NCBI GenBank assembly: GCA_963700145.1
Contig: OY969474.1
Span: forward strand, 448,001-512,000
From: an uncultured Acidobacteriota bacterium
GTDB taxonomy: Bacteria; Acidobacteriota; Thermoanaerobaculia; Multivoradales; UBA5704
Direction of reading: 5' to 3'
Length of the DNA stretch: 64,000 bases
Shown here: in pieces, positions 37,319-45,781 of the stretch
How positions within the stretch are numbered: position 1 is the stretch's first letter
How the letters are laid out: each line of letters starts with the position of its first letter
Notes under the pieces: generated by a model
The model's input: only the letters and a program-made list of their open reading frames with translations
Database searches by the model: none
Told to the model about the DNA's origin: nothing
Translations under genes and position numbers: made by a program

Positions 37319-37528
37319 TACTGGCTTCCGGCCTCGACGTACTGGGTTCTGTCCGCGGTCTACTGGGTTCGTCGGGTGAACGGGCCGGTTCTGTCCTCGA
37401 CGTACTGGGTTCCGTCCGCTACGTACTGAATTCTGACCTCAAGGTACTGGGTTCGCGCCTCGACGTACTGGGTTCCGTCCGCGATCTACTGGCTTCGTCC
37501 GCCGATCCAGCCGCTTCGCTCACAGATC
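37319..37528. repeat. Degenerate 21-bp tandem array (~10 units, consensus TACTGGGTTCnGtCctCGAcG)
   Basis: Units start at 37319, 37340, 37361, 37382, 37403, 37424, 37445, 37466, 37487, 37508. Confidence 0.88.
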
Positions 37529-37978
37529 CAGCGCATAGACCAGCGCATCGGAGCCGTCGCGGTAGTAGGCGCGGCGGCGGCCGTTGGGCTCGAAGCCCAG
37601 CGACTCGTAGAGCGCGATCGCCGGCGTGTTGTCGGGCCGCACCTCCAGAAAGCAGCTCGAGAAGCGCGCGGTGCGCAAGCGGTCGAGCCCGGCGTGCACC
37701 AGCGCCCGGCCGACGCCGCGCCGCCGCTCGCCGTCCGAGACCGCCAGCCGCAGCAGCTCGGCCTCGTCCACGCCCTGCCGGAACGAAACGTACCCCGTGG
37801 CCGGCTCGCCGGCGCGGCTGGCCACCAGGATGAACGAGCGCGGATGGCTCAGCTCGTGCGCCAGGATGGCCGGCGGCCAGGGATCGGGGAACGCGTGCTC
37901 CTCCAGCCAGACGATGCGCGACAGGTCTCCCTGGCCGGCGAGGCGGATGGCGGGGAGATCGTCGTACGCCGCCAGCAT
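37520..37978 (-). CDS. rimI: Ribosomal protein S18 alanine N-acetyltransferase (GNAT)
   Basis: F..PW, EAELLRLAV, RRRGVG, LEVR..N..A..LY..LGF, RRAYY; downstream of tsaB. Confidence 0.88.
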   Translation of the reverse strand: MLAAYDDLPAIRLAGQGDLSRIVWLEEHAFPDPWPPAILAHELSHPRSFILVASRAGEPATGYVSFRQGVDEAELLRLAVSDGERRRGVGRALVHAGLDRLRTARFSSCFLEVRPDNTPAIALYESLGFEPNGRRRAYYRDGSDALVYALDL

Positions 37979-37988
37979 GCCTGGAAGT

Positions 37989-38708
37989 TTACCGCCGCTG
38001 CGCTCCGGGCGCGGCCGGCGCGGTGACCGCCGGCGGGCGGGCGTAGAGCGGATCGGTAAGCAGCGCCGGGTCCCAATCGAGGGTGAGCCGAGGGAGAAGC
38101 TCGATGGTGACCGGGGCGAGAGGGCCGGGTGAGAGGAGACGGGGCGCATCGTCGCCAGCCGGCCAGCTCGGCAGCGCGGCGAGCGCAGCGATCCCGAAGC
38201 CGACGATCGCCGCCGGGCCACGGCCGGCGAGGTCGGGCGCCGGCACGGTCTCCGCCTCGGCGAGCGCGCGCGGCGGGTCGCCCGCGAACGGCTGCACGGT
38301 CCACTCGCCGCGCAATGCGTCCACGGCGGCGAGAACGACGCGGTCTCGATCGACGCCCGTCTCACCCAGCGTCCTTGCCGCGCTCGCCGCCAGCACCAGC
38401 AACGTCGGCAGCGCCGCCGCCGGCACGCCGAGCGCCAGGTGTAGCCCGAGCGCCGTCGCCAGCCCCACCCGCAGCCCGGTGAAGCTGCCGGGCCCGCGCA
38501 GAGCGACCACCCCGCCCAGCTCTTCGCGCTCCACCCCGGCCTCCGCGAGCACCTCGTCGATCATCTGGAGCAGCCGCTTCGAGGAGCGCGAGATCGCCTC
38601 CGAGCGCGCCGCCAGCACCTCCCCGGCGCGCCCGAGCGCCACGCTCACCGTCGGCGAGCCGGCGTCGAGCGCCAGCACCGGCGCCGCGGGATCGGGGGCC
38701 TGCGTCAT
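37989..38708 (-). CDS. tsaB: tRNA threonylcarbamoyladenosine biosynthesis protein TsaB
   Basis: LALD, GPGSFTGLRVG...A.GL, DA.RGE, P.Y.R. Confidence 0.9.
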   Translation of the reverse strand: MTQAPDPAAPVLALDAGSPTVSVALGRAGEVLAARSEAISRSSKRLLQMIDEVLAEAGVEREELGGVVALRGPGSFTGLRVGLATALGLHLALGVPAAALPTLLVLAASAARTLGETGVDRDRVVLAAVDALRGEWTVQPFAGDPPRALAEAETVPAPDLAGRGPAAIVGFGIAALAALPSWPAGDDAPRLLSPGPLAPVTIELLPRLTLDWDPALLTDPLYARPPAVTAPAAPGAQRR

Positions 38709-38770
38709 GCGCCGCAGTATAGGCAGGCGGTGCCCGCCCGCCGCGGCGGCGGGCTCTTATACTCGGTCCC

Positions 38771-41410
38771 GTGCCCCCCGCCGCCGCGCTCACTCCCATG
38801 CTCCGGCAGTACCTGGGGGCCAAGGCGGAGTACCCCGACGCCCTCCTCCTCTTCCGCATGGGGGACTTCTACGAGCTGTTCTACGAAGACGCCGTGCGCG
38901 CCGCGCCGATCCTCGAGGTCCAGCTCACCGCCCGCCACCGCGGCACCGAGAGCGAGGCGCCGATGTGCGGCGTGCCGCACCACGCGCTCGAGAGCTACCT
39001 CGGCAAGCTCATCGCCGCCGGCCTCAAGGTGGCGATCTGCGACCAGGTGGAGGACCCGGCGCAGGCCAAGGGCCTGGTGCGCCGCGCGGTCACGCGCGTC
39101 GTCACGCCCGGCACCCTCTCCGACCCGGCGCTCCTCGAAAGCCGGGAGGAGAACCTCCTCGCCGGCCTCGTCTGGGAGGGAGCGCGCGGCGGCGACGGCG
39201 TGGAGGGCGGGGCCGGCGCCTTCCTCGACGTCTCGACCGGCCGCTTCTTCGTCCGCCGCTGGCGCACCGCCGAGGAGGCGCGCGAGGACCTCGCACTCTT
39301 CCGGCCGCGCGAGGTGCTGGTCGAGGACGGCGCGCTGCCGCGCGAGGTCGCCGAGTGGGTCGAGCGCGAGTGCCCCTGCCGCACCGACCTGCCGGAGGAG
39401 CGCCGCTACGACGCCCGCCGCGGCGCCGAGCTCCTGGCCCGCCAGTTCGGCGCCGCCACCCTGCGCGGCTTCGGCCTGGAGGAGGGGGAGCCGGCGGTGC
39501 GCGCCGCCGCCGAGGCCCTCGCCTACGCCCAGGACACCCAGAAGAGCCCGCTGGAGCACGTGCGCGGCCTGGCGGTGTCGCTCCCCGCCGACCACCTCGT
39601 CCTCGACGCCACGACGCTCGTCAACCTGGAGGTCTTCCGCTCCCAGCGCTTCGAAGGGCCCGGCCGGCGGCGCGGCACGCTCCTCGGCGTCCTCGACCGC
39701 ACCGTCACCCCGCCCGGCGCGCGCGCCCTCCGCGAGTGGCTGCGCCGGCCGCTGCGCGACGGGGCGGCGATCGGCGCCCGCCACGAGGCGGTGGGGGAGC
39801 TGCTCGGCGACCACGGCCGGCGCGCCCGCCTGCGCGAGCAGCTGGCCCGCCTCGGCGACCCCGAGCGGCTCCTCGCCCGCGCCGTCCTGGGGACGCTGGC
39901 GCCGCGCGAGGCGGCGGCCCTGCGCGACGGCCTCGCCGCCGCGCCGGCCCTCCTCGCCGAGCTGGCCGGCGCCGCGGCGCCTCTCCTCGCCGCCCTCGCC
40001 GAGACCGACCCGCTCGCGCCGCTCCACGCCGAGCTGGCGCGCCGCCTGGAGGAAGCCCCCGCCGCCGACCTGGAGCGCGGCGGCGTCGTCGCCGCCGGCG
40101 TCGATCCCGAGCTCGACCGCTACCGGTCGCTGGCCAAGGACAGCAAGCGGCACATCCTGGCCCTCGAGGTGCGCGAGCGCGAGCGCACCGGCATCGCCTC
40201 GCTCAAGATCCGCTACAACCGGGTCTTCGGCTACTACCTGGAGGTCACACGCGCCAACGAGGCGCGGGTGCCGGCCGACTACATCCGCAAGCAGACGCTG
40301 GTCAACGCCGAGCGCTACGTCACCCCCGAGATCAAGGAACTGGAGGAGCAGATCCTCTCGGCCGAAGAGCGGCAGGTGGCGCTGGAGCGCGAGCAGTACC
40401 GGCGGCTGCTGACCGAGATCGCCGCCGCCGGCGCCGGGCTGACCGCTCTCGCCGCCGCCGTCGGCACGCTCGACGCCCTCGCCGCCTTCGCCGAGGCGGC
40501 GGCCAAGCACCGCTACGTCCGCCCGATGATGGGCGCGCCCGGCGGGCCGATCGTCATCCGCGAGGGGCGCCACCCGGTCGTCGAGCAGGCGGGCCGCGAG
40601 CCGTTCGTGCCCAACGACGCCGAGCTGGACGGCGAGAGCGCGCAGATCGTGCTGCTCACCGGTCCCAACATGGGCGGCAAGTCCACCTACCTGCGGCAAG
40701 TGGCGCTGATCGTCCTGATGGCGCAGGCCGGCAGCTTCGTCCCCGCCGAGGCGGCGGCCCTCGGCGTCGTGGACCGCATCTTCACCCGCGTCGGCGCCTC
40801 CGACGACCTGGCGCGCGGCGAGTCGACCTTCATGGTCGAGATGATCGAGACCGCCAACATCCTCCGCCACGCCACGGCCGAAAGCCTGGTCGTGCTCGAC
40901 GAGGTGGGGCGCGGCACGGCGACCTTCGACGGCCTGTCGCTGGCCTGGGCGATCGTCGAGTACCTGCACGAGACCGGGCGCCCGAAGACCCTCTTCGCCA
41001 CCCACTACCACGAGCTGACCGAGCTGGCGGCGCTGCTGCCGCGGGTGGTCAACCGCACGATGGCGGTCAAGGAGTGGGAGGAGCGCATCCTCTTCCTGCG
41101 CCGCGTGGTGCCGGGGAGCGCCGACAAGTCCTACGGCCTGCACGTGGCGCGGCTGGCGGGGCTGCCGCCCGAGGTCATCCGGCGCGCCGCCGAGGTGCTG
41201 GCCAACCTGGAGTCGCAGGAGTACGACCTGACCGGCCGGCCGCGCCTGGCGCGCGGCGGCGGGCCGCCGGGCGAGGGCCCCGATCAGCTCGTGCTCTTCA
41301 CCCCGCCCGAGCAGGTCGTGGCGGCGCTGCTGCGCGAGGTGGACACGGAGCGCTTGACGCCGCTCGCCGCGCTCAACCTGATCGCCAGCCTAAAATCGCG
41401 CCTCGGATGA
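38771..41410 (+). CDS. mutS: DNA mismatch repair protein MutS
   Basis: TPM..QY, FRMGDFYELF, GPNMGGKST, GESTFMVEM, DEVGRGT, SYG..VA.LAG. Confidence 0.97.
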   Translation: MPPAAALTPMLRQYLGAKAEYPDALLLFRMGDFYELFYEDAVRAAPILEVQLTARHRGTESEAPMCGVPHHALESYLGKLIAAGLKVAICDQVEDPAQAKGLVRRAVTRVVTPGTLSDPALLESREENLLAGLVWEGARGGDGVEGGAGAFLDVSTGRFFVRRWRTAEEAREDLALFRPREVLVEDGALPREVAEWVERECPCRTDLPEERRYDARRGAELLARQFGAATLRGFGLEEGEPAVRAAAEALAYAQDTQKSPLEHVRGLAVSLPADHLVLDATTLVNLEVFRSQRFEGPGRRRGTLLGVLDRTVTPPGARALREWLRRPLRDGAAIGARHEAVGELLGDHGRRARLREQLARLGDPERLLARAVLGTLAPREAAALRDGLAAAPALLAELAGAAAPLLAALAETDPLAPLHAELARRLEEAPAADLERGGVVAAGVDPELDRYRSLAKDSKRHILALEVRERERTGIASLKIRYNRVFGYYLEVTRANEARVPADYIRKQTLVNAERYVTPEIKELEEQILSAEERQVALEREQYRRLLTEIAAAGAGLTALAAAVGTLDALAAFAEAAAKHRYVRPMMGAPGGPIVIREGRHPVVEQAGREPFVPNDAELDGESAQIVLLTGPNMGGKSTYLRQVALIVLMAQAGSFVPAEAAALGVVDRIFTRVGASDDLARGESTFMVEMIETANILRHATAESLVVLDEVGRGTATFDGLSLAWAIVEYLHETGRPKTLFATHYHELTELAALLPRVVNRTMAVKEWEERILFLRRVVPGSADKSYGLHVARLAGLPPEVIRRAAEVLANLESQEYDLTGRPRLARGGGPPGEGPDQLVLFTPPEQVVAALLREVDTERLTPLAALNLIASLKSRLG

Positions 41411-42474
41411 GACCGGCCGACCTGGTCTTCGTCGGCATCCCGGGCGAGACGCTCGACCGGGCCACCGCCGCGCTCCTCGCCGAGCACCAGCCGGGGGGGA
41501 TCGTCCTCTTCGGCCGCAACATCGACAGCCCCGAGCAGTTCCTCGAGCTGGTGACCGAGCTGCGCCGCATCCTGCCCGAGGCGGTCTTCGCGATCGACGC
41601 CGAGGGCGGGCGCGTGGACCGGCTGCGCGACGTCGTGGCGCCGGCGCCGGCGGGCGAGCTGCTGGCCCGCAACCCGCCGCAGATCGCCTACCAGGCCGGG
41701 CGCTGGATCGGCCAGGCGCTCCGCCTCTTCGACCTCGACATGGACTTCGCGCCGGTCGTCGACCTCGACCGCGGCGAGCGCGACAACTCGCTGCGAGGCC
41801 GCTACCTCGGCGCGCGGCCGGAGGAGGTGGTCGAGCGCGCGCGGGCCTTCCTGCGCGGCCTCCACGCCGGCGGCGTCGGCGGCTGCGTCAAGCACTTCCC
41901 GGGGCTCGGCGGGGCGGGGGAGGACACCCACTTCCGCGGCTCGGCGGTCTACCTGCCGGCCTCCGAGCTGCAGGCCGACCTCGAGCCGTTCGCGACGCTC
42001 GCGCCGCTGGCCGGCGCGGTCATGGTCTCGCACGGCGTCTACCCGGCCTACGACGGCGAGCAGCGCCCGGCGACGCTGTCGCCGCCGATCCTCGGCGGCC
42101 TGCTGCGCGGGCGGCTGGGCTTCGAGGGGCTGGCCTTCTCGGACGACCTGGAGATGGAGGCGCTGGCGCCCTGGGGCGACCTCGCCGAGCGCTCCCAGGC
42201 CTCCTTCGCCGCCGGCTGCGACGCGCTGCCGATCTGCCACCACTGCGAGGTGCTGCCCGAGGTCGTGGCGCGCCTCGACGACCTCGGCCTCGCCTCCCGC
42301 CGCATGGAGGCCTACGCCCGCCTCGACCGCTACCGCCAGCGCCTCCGCACCCTGCACGAAGCCCACGAGCACACCACCACCCACCGCCCCGGCCACACCA
42401 GCCATCGCCTGGAAGAGATCCGCCAGCGGCTCGCGGAGCTGGGGGAGATCGCGGGGCGGGTGGAGAGGGCGTAG
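41407..42474 (+). CDS. nagZ: Beta-N-acetylhexosaminidase (GH3)
   Basis: GGIVLFGRNI, IDAEGG.V.R, KHFPG.G...DTH, SDDLEM; ATGA overlap with mutS. Confidence 0.9.
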   Translation: MRPADLVFVGIPGETLDRATAALLAEHQPGGIVLFGRNIDSPEQFLELVTELRRILPEAVFAIDAEGGRVDRLRDVVAPAPAGELLARNPPQIAYQAGRWIGQALRLFDLDMDFAPVVDLDRGERDNSLRGRYLGARPEEVVERARAFLRGLHAGGVGGCVKHFPGLGGAGEDTHFRGSAVYLPASELQADLEPFATLAPLAGAVMVSHGVYPAYDGEQRPATLSPPILGGLLRGRLGFEGLAFSDDLEMEALAPWGDLAERSQASFAAGCDALPICHHCEVLPEVVARLDDLGLASRRMEAYARLDRYRQRLRTLHEAHEHTTTHRPGHTSHRLEEIRQRLAELGEIAGRVERA

Positions 42475-42485
42475 GGCGATTGACC

Positions 42486-43823
42486 ATGCCAGGTCCTAGC
42501 ACGCTGTTCACCAAATTCGGGCGGGCATTCCATGCTCTGCTTCACGGCATTACGGCACTTCTCCGACGGCTCCACTTCCTGCGAGCCCCGCATCCACGAG
42601 CTGCTTCATGGGCATTCTTTGTCCGTGTGACCATGCGAGGACCGCAGGAACTCCGGCCTGCGCTCGGGCTTGACGAGGCTGCCTTCCGAGGAGTTGCAGG
42701 CTTCTCTCACTCCGACAGCCGTGCGTACTATCTGTATGCGGTGCTCGATGAGATTGGCAAGACCAGTGTTGCACTTCAGCGATGGTCGGAGTTCCTGGAC
42801 AGTCCCGACAAAGCCGATCCCGGTGAAAACCTGACTCGCATGATACTTGAATCAGTGTTGGACGAGCAGGACGCGAGAAGGCGCCGACTCCTTGAACTTC
42901 TTGTTGACCTCATTTGCTTCCGCACAACCAATGAGCAGGAATACTACCGCCACTACATGCTTCTACAGGACGCACGGCGTACTCTCTCCGCGCATATCGA
43001 TTATAGGCGCTTCTATGGCATTGACAATCAGCGGCTTCGCGCGCAGGCGCAACCTACGCTTCAATGGATTAGCCAACTTGAGGCCGGACCAGTCAACGTC
43101 GCGCTATGCTGGTATCGGGATCAGCGCGCCCGGCCACAGGCCCAGCCAGAACCAGGGCGGATGCTTTCTAGCGTTCGCTCGCGGCTCCAAATTGCACTGG
43201 CGCAGGCTACGGAGCACGAAAAGATCGCGCTGGGCCTTAGCTATGCCGCGTACTCAGCCGCAAGTGCTGGAGTCCACTTTGATCCGAGTCGTTTGCGGTA
43301 CGCCGACTGGCTCGAACAAGCTGGCAGATCGATGACTGTGATCGGAATTCTCGCACTCAACTGCCTCGTCGGGGTCCAGAAGCTGCTTGGCATTACACCA
43401 CTAGGTGTCAGTAACAAGGTCCGCGAGATCCTGGAGGGTGAGGAAATAGTGCGAATGTCCGAGGCCCTGGTGGGGCGGCGAGCAGAAGCAGGCGATTTCG
43501 TGTTGGCGTATGGTGACAGATTGGCAGAAGTCAGTCAGGTGAAGAAAAACCAATTTGGCTATGAGTCGTACTGCGTGTATTTCCTCGAGCCAAACCCGCC
43601 AAGCGGTATTTACGAGGATTGGCTGCCACCACACCAGGTCACGAGGCTGAAGAAACTCGACCAGCTAATGATTGCGGTGCGTGAGGAGCTGATTGCGAAT
43701 AGCGTACCCGCTGGCCAGCTAAACGCCGCTACCCTTAGAGAGCCGATCAGGGGAGCAATGGTGGATGTCTGGAACGCCGGACTTCGAGACCACGTGCTGA
43801 GCGAAGGTAGGCAGCGTAGCTGA
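42486..43823 (+). CDS. Hypothetical lower-GC protein (~445 aa), likely horizontally acquired; start uncertain
   Basis: Long ORF with atypical codon usage; no firmly recognised family. Confidence 0.7.
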   Translation: MPGPSTLFTKFGRAFHALLHGITALLRRLHFLRAPHPRAASWAFFVRVTMRGPQELRPALGLDEAAFRGVAGFSHSDSRAYYLYAVLDEIGKTSVALQRWSEFLDSPDKADPGENLTRMILESVLDEQDARRRRLLELLVDLICFRTTNEQEYYRHYMLLQDARRTLSAHIDYRRFYGIDNQRLRAQAQPTLQWISQLEAGPVNVALCWYRDQRARPQAQPEPGRMLSSVRSRLQIALAQATEHEKIALGLSYAAYSAASAGVHFDPSRLRYADWLEQAGRSMTVIGILALNCLVGVQKLLGITPLGVSNKVREILEGEEIVRMSEALVGRRAEAGDFVLAYGDRLAEVSQVKKNQFGYESYCVYFLEPNPPSGIYEDWLPPHQVTRLKKLDQLMIAVREELIANSVPAGQLNAATLREPIRGAMVDVWNAGLRDHVLSEGRQRS

Positions 43824-44043
43824 GCCGGACGGCCCTGGCCTGGTCGCCGACTTCGCCGCGGAGCGCGGGGAAGGGATCATGAGTTTGAGCGTCCCGGTCG
43901 GCGACCTTGAGGCCGCGCTCGACCTCGTCAATGGCAACACTGGCCGGGGCGTAGTGACCTTCGAGTACAACGGCCGGGACCGCTTCCTGATCCCGGCTTC
44001 GCTGACTCACGAGCTTCTGATCGAGATCGTCGAGGCGGAGTAG
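43822..44043 (+). pseudogene. 3' remnant (73 codons + stop) of a paralogue of the VOC gene at 44792-45778
   Basis: Translates EPDGPGLVADFAAERGEGIM...LIEIVEAE*, colinear with 45557-45778; 5' part absent. Confidence 0.85.
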
Positions 44044-44046
44044 CCC

Positions 44047-44541
44047 TCAGCGCTTGTCCTCTTCCAGCCGCAGCCTGAGGAACTGCACGTCGGCGCGGTC
44101 GCTGTCCCGGACCGTCTGTTTCATGCGGATCAACAAGGGCTTGCTCGCGATGGGGATCGAGACGCCTTCGACCTCCCGCCGTTCGATGCCCTCAGCCGCC
44201 GCCTGTTCGTAGTTGATGCCGCAGGCCGCCGCCATGAGGTCGATGACGATCTCGTCGGCTACGCGCACCACTTGGTACTTGCCGACCTCGTCGTCCGCGA
44301 CCGCGGCCACGGCGTTGTCGGGGAGCGTCGAAAGGGCGCGCTTGACGGCCTGGACGTTCTCGGGCGCCGTGTCCACGAGTAGATCGATGTCCTTCGTGCC
44401 GCGGACGTAACCGTGGAGGATGACGGCAAAGCCGCCGATGAGAACGTAGCGCGCGCCCTCGCGGTTGAGGGCGGCGCAGAGGCTCAGGAGGTCTTCGAGC
44501 TCCGGCGCGCGTGAGTAGCCGCGATCTGGCGCATCATCCAT
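44047..44541 (-). CDS. Pol-beta-superfamily nucleotidyltransferase (DUF6036-like)
   Basis: YVLIGGFAV..HG..R.TKDIDL, IDLM, K.TVR..D..D. Confidence 0.85.
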   Translation of the reverse strand: MDDAPDRGYSRAPELEDLLSLCAALNREGARYVLIGGFAVILHGYVRGTKDIDLLVDTAPENVQAVKRALSTLPDNAVAAVADDEVGKYQVVRVADEIVIDLMAAACGINYEQAAAEGIERREVEGVSIPIASKPLLIRMKQTVRDSDRADVQFLRLRLEEDKR

Positions 44542-44693
44542 TCGTCGGCTTCCTCGTGGCTGGTGAAGCGGTACACCCCGCGCGGCACGAGCGCGCCGCC
44601 TCGCAGCCGGTTGATCGTGCGCTGGAGGATGGCGATGTCGCGGACCGGGTCGCCGCCTTCGGGCCGCACCGAGATCCGCTTGTAGGCGCGCAC
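44484..44693 (-). CDS. Small protein overlapping NTase start (putative antitoxin/partner)
   Basis: 69 aa ending PRGVYRF.S.EEADEW, overlapping the NTase 5' end. Confidence 0.65.
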   Translation of the reverse strand: MRAYKRISVRPEGGDPVRDIAILQRTINRLRGGALVPRGVYRFTSHEEADEWMMRQIAATHARRSSKTS

Positions 44694-44791
44694 GGGTGGA
44701 TGATACCGCCCTCGGCTCGCCCCGCTGTCCCCTTATCGCCCGCATCCGATACCTGGCTTGTAGATCAACTTCGCAGGAAGGGCGGTGAACC

Positions 44792-45778
44792 ATGAACGCG
44801 CGGCGGATTCGGTGGACGGCGGTGTGGGCGCTGCTGGCGCTGGCGCTCGGGGGCCAGGCGGCGGCGCAGGGGCTGGGCGACGGTCGGGGGATCGATCACG
44901 TCGCCTTGCTGGTCCGGTTGGAGAACTTCGACCAAGCGGTCGATGTCCTGACCGAGGAGCTCGGCTTCGCGGCCACGGCGGCCCTGCTCAACCCCTTGGG
45001 GGCCAAGAACCGGCTGATCTGGTTCGACGACGAGACCTACCTGGAGGTCGTGGCGTTCACCGAGCTGAACGACTTCACGGCACCCTTCCTGGCCTTCCTG
45101 GAAGACCACGAGGGCGCCAAGTTCTACGGCACCGACGTGGTGGACGCCGACCAGGCGATCGCGTTCCTGACCGACGCCGGCTATCCCAACGTCGGCCCGG
45201 TCCCGGCGCCGCCTTTGACCATCGAAGAGACCGGCGACGTCGTCGGGCTCACCCCGCTGTGGCGCTCGATCATCCTCACCGAGCGCCTCGCCCCCGACAA
45301 CTCGAACTTCTTCGTCGACTACGACGAGGCCCAGGTCGAGCAGATGCTCGCCGACTTCCCGGTCCTGGCCCCGCAGCCGCATCCCAACACGGCGCAGAGG
45401 ATGGACACGCTCTGGCTGGTGGTCGCGGACCTCGACGCGGCGATCGAGTTCTACGAGGGCCTCGGGCTCCTGGTCGAAGCCAAGCACCAGAAGATCCACT
45501 ACCTTGGTGGCCGCGGCGCGCTGGTGCGGTACCACAACAACACCCTGGCTCTGCTGGAGCCGGACGGCCCCGGCCCGGTCGCCGATTTCGCCGCCGATCG
45601 AGGCGAAGGGATCATGGGCGTGAGCATTCAGGTCGCCGATTTCGGGGCCGCCCTCGCCCTCGTCAACGGCAACACCGGACTGGCGCTGGAGAGCTTCCAG
45701 TACAAGGGGCGGGACCGCTTCCTGATCCCGGCGTCCCTGACCCACGAGTTTCTGATCGAGATGGTCGAGGCGGAGTAA
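44792..45778 (+). CDS. Secreted VOC/glyoxalase-like protein
   Basis: Signal peptide ending QAAA-Q; IDHV, N.LIWF...YLEV, DLDAA..FY..LG. Confidence 0.8.
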   Translation: MNARRIRWTAVWALLALALGGQAAAQGLGDGRGIDHVALLVRLENFDQAVDVLTEELGFAATAALLNPLGAKNRLIWFDDETYLEVVAFTELNDFTAPFLAFLEDHEGAKFYGTDVVDADQAIAFLTDAGYPNVGPVPAPPLTIEETGDVVGLTPLWRSIILTERLAPDNSNFFVDYDEAQVEQMLADFPVLAPQPHPNTAQRMDTLWLVVADLDAAIEFYEGLGLLVEAKHQKIHYLGGRGALVRYHNNTLALLEPDGPGPVADFAADRGEGIMGVSIQVADFGAALALVNGNTGLALESFQYKGRDRFLIPASLTHEFLIEMVEAE

Positions 45779-45781
45779 CCC

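Noticed and set aside
37319-37528. Possible CRISPR array
   Set aside because: Period is only 21 bp, variable halves resemble each other rather than unique spacers, and there are no cas genes in the window.
38083-42474. Apparent 1463-aa ORF
   Set aside because: Only the last 355 aa (from ATG 41407) is NagZ; the rest is an off-frame read across tsaB/mutS.
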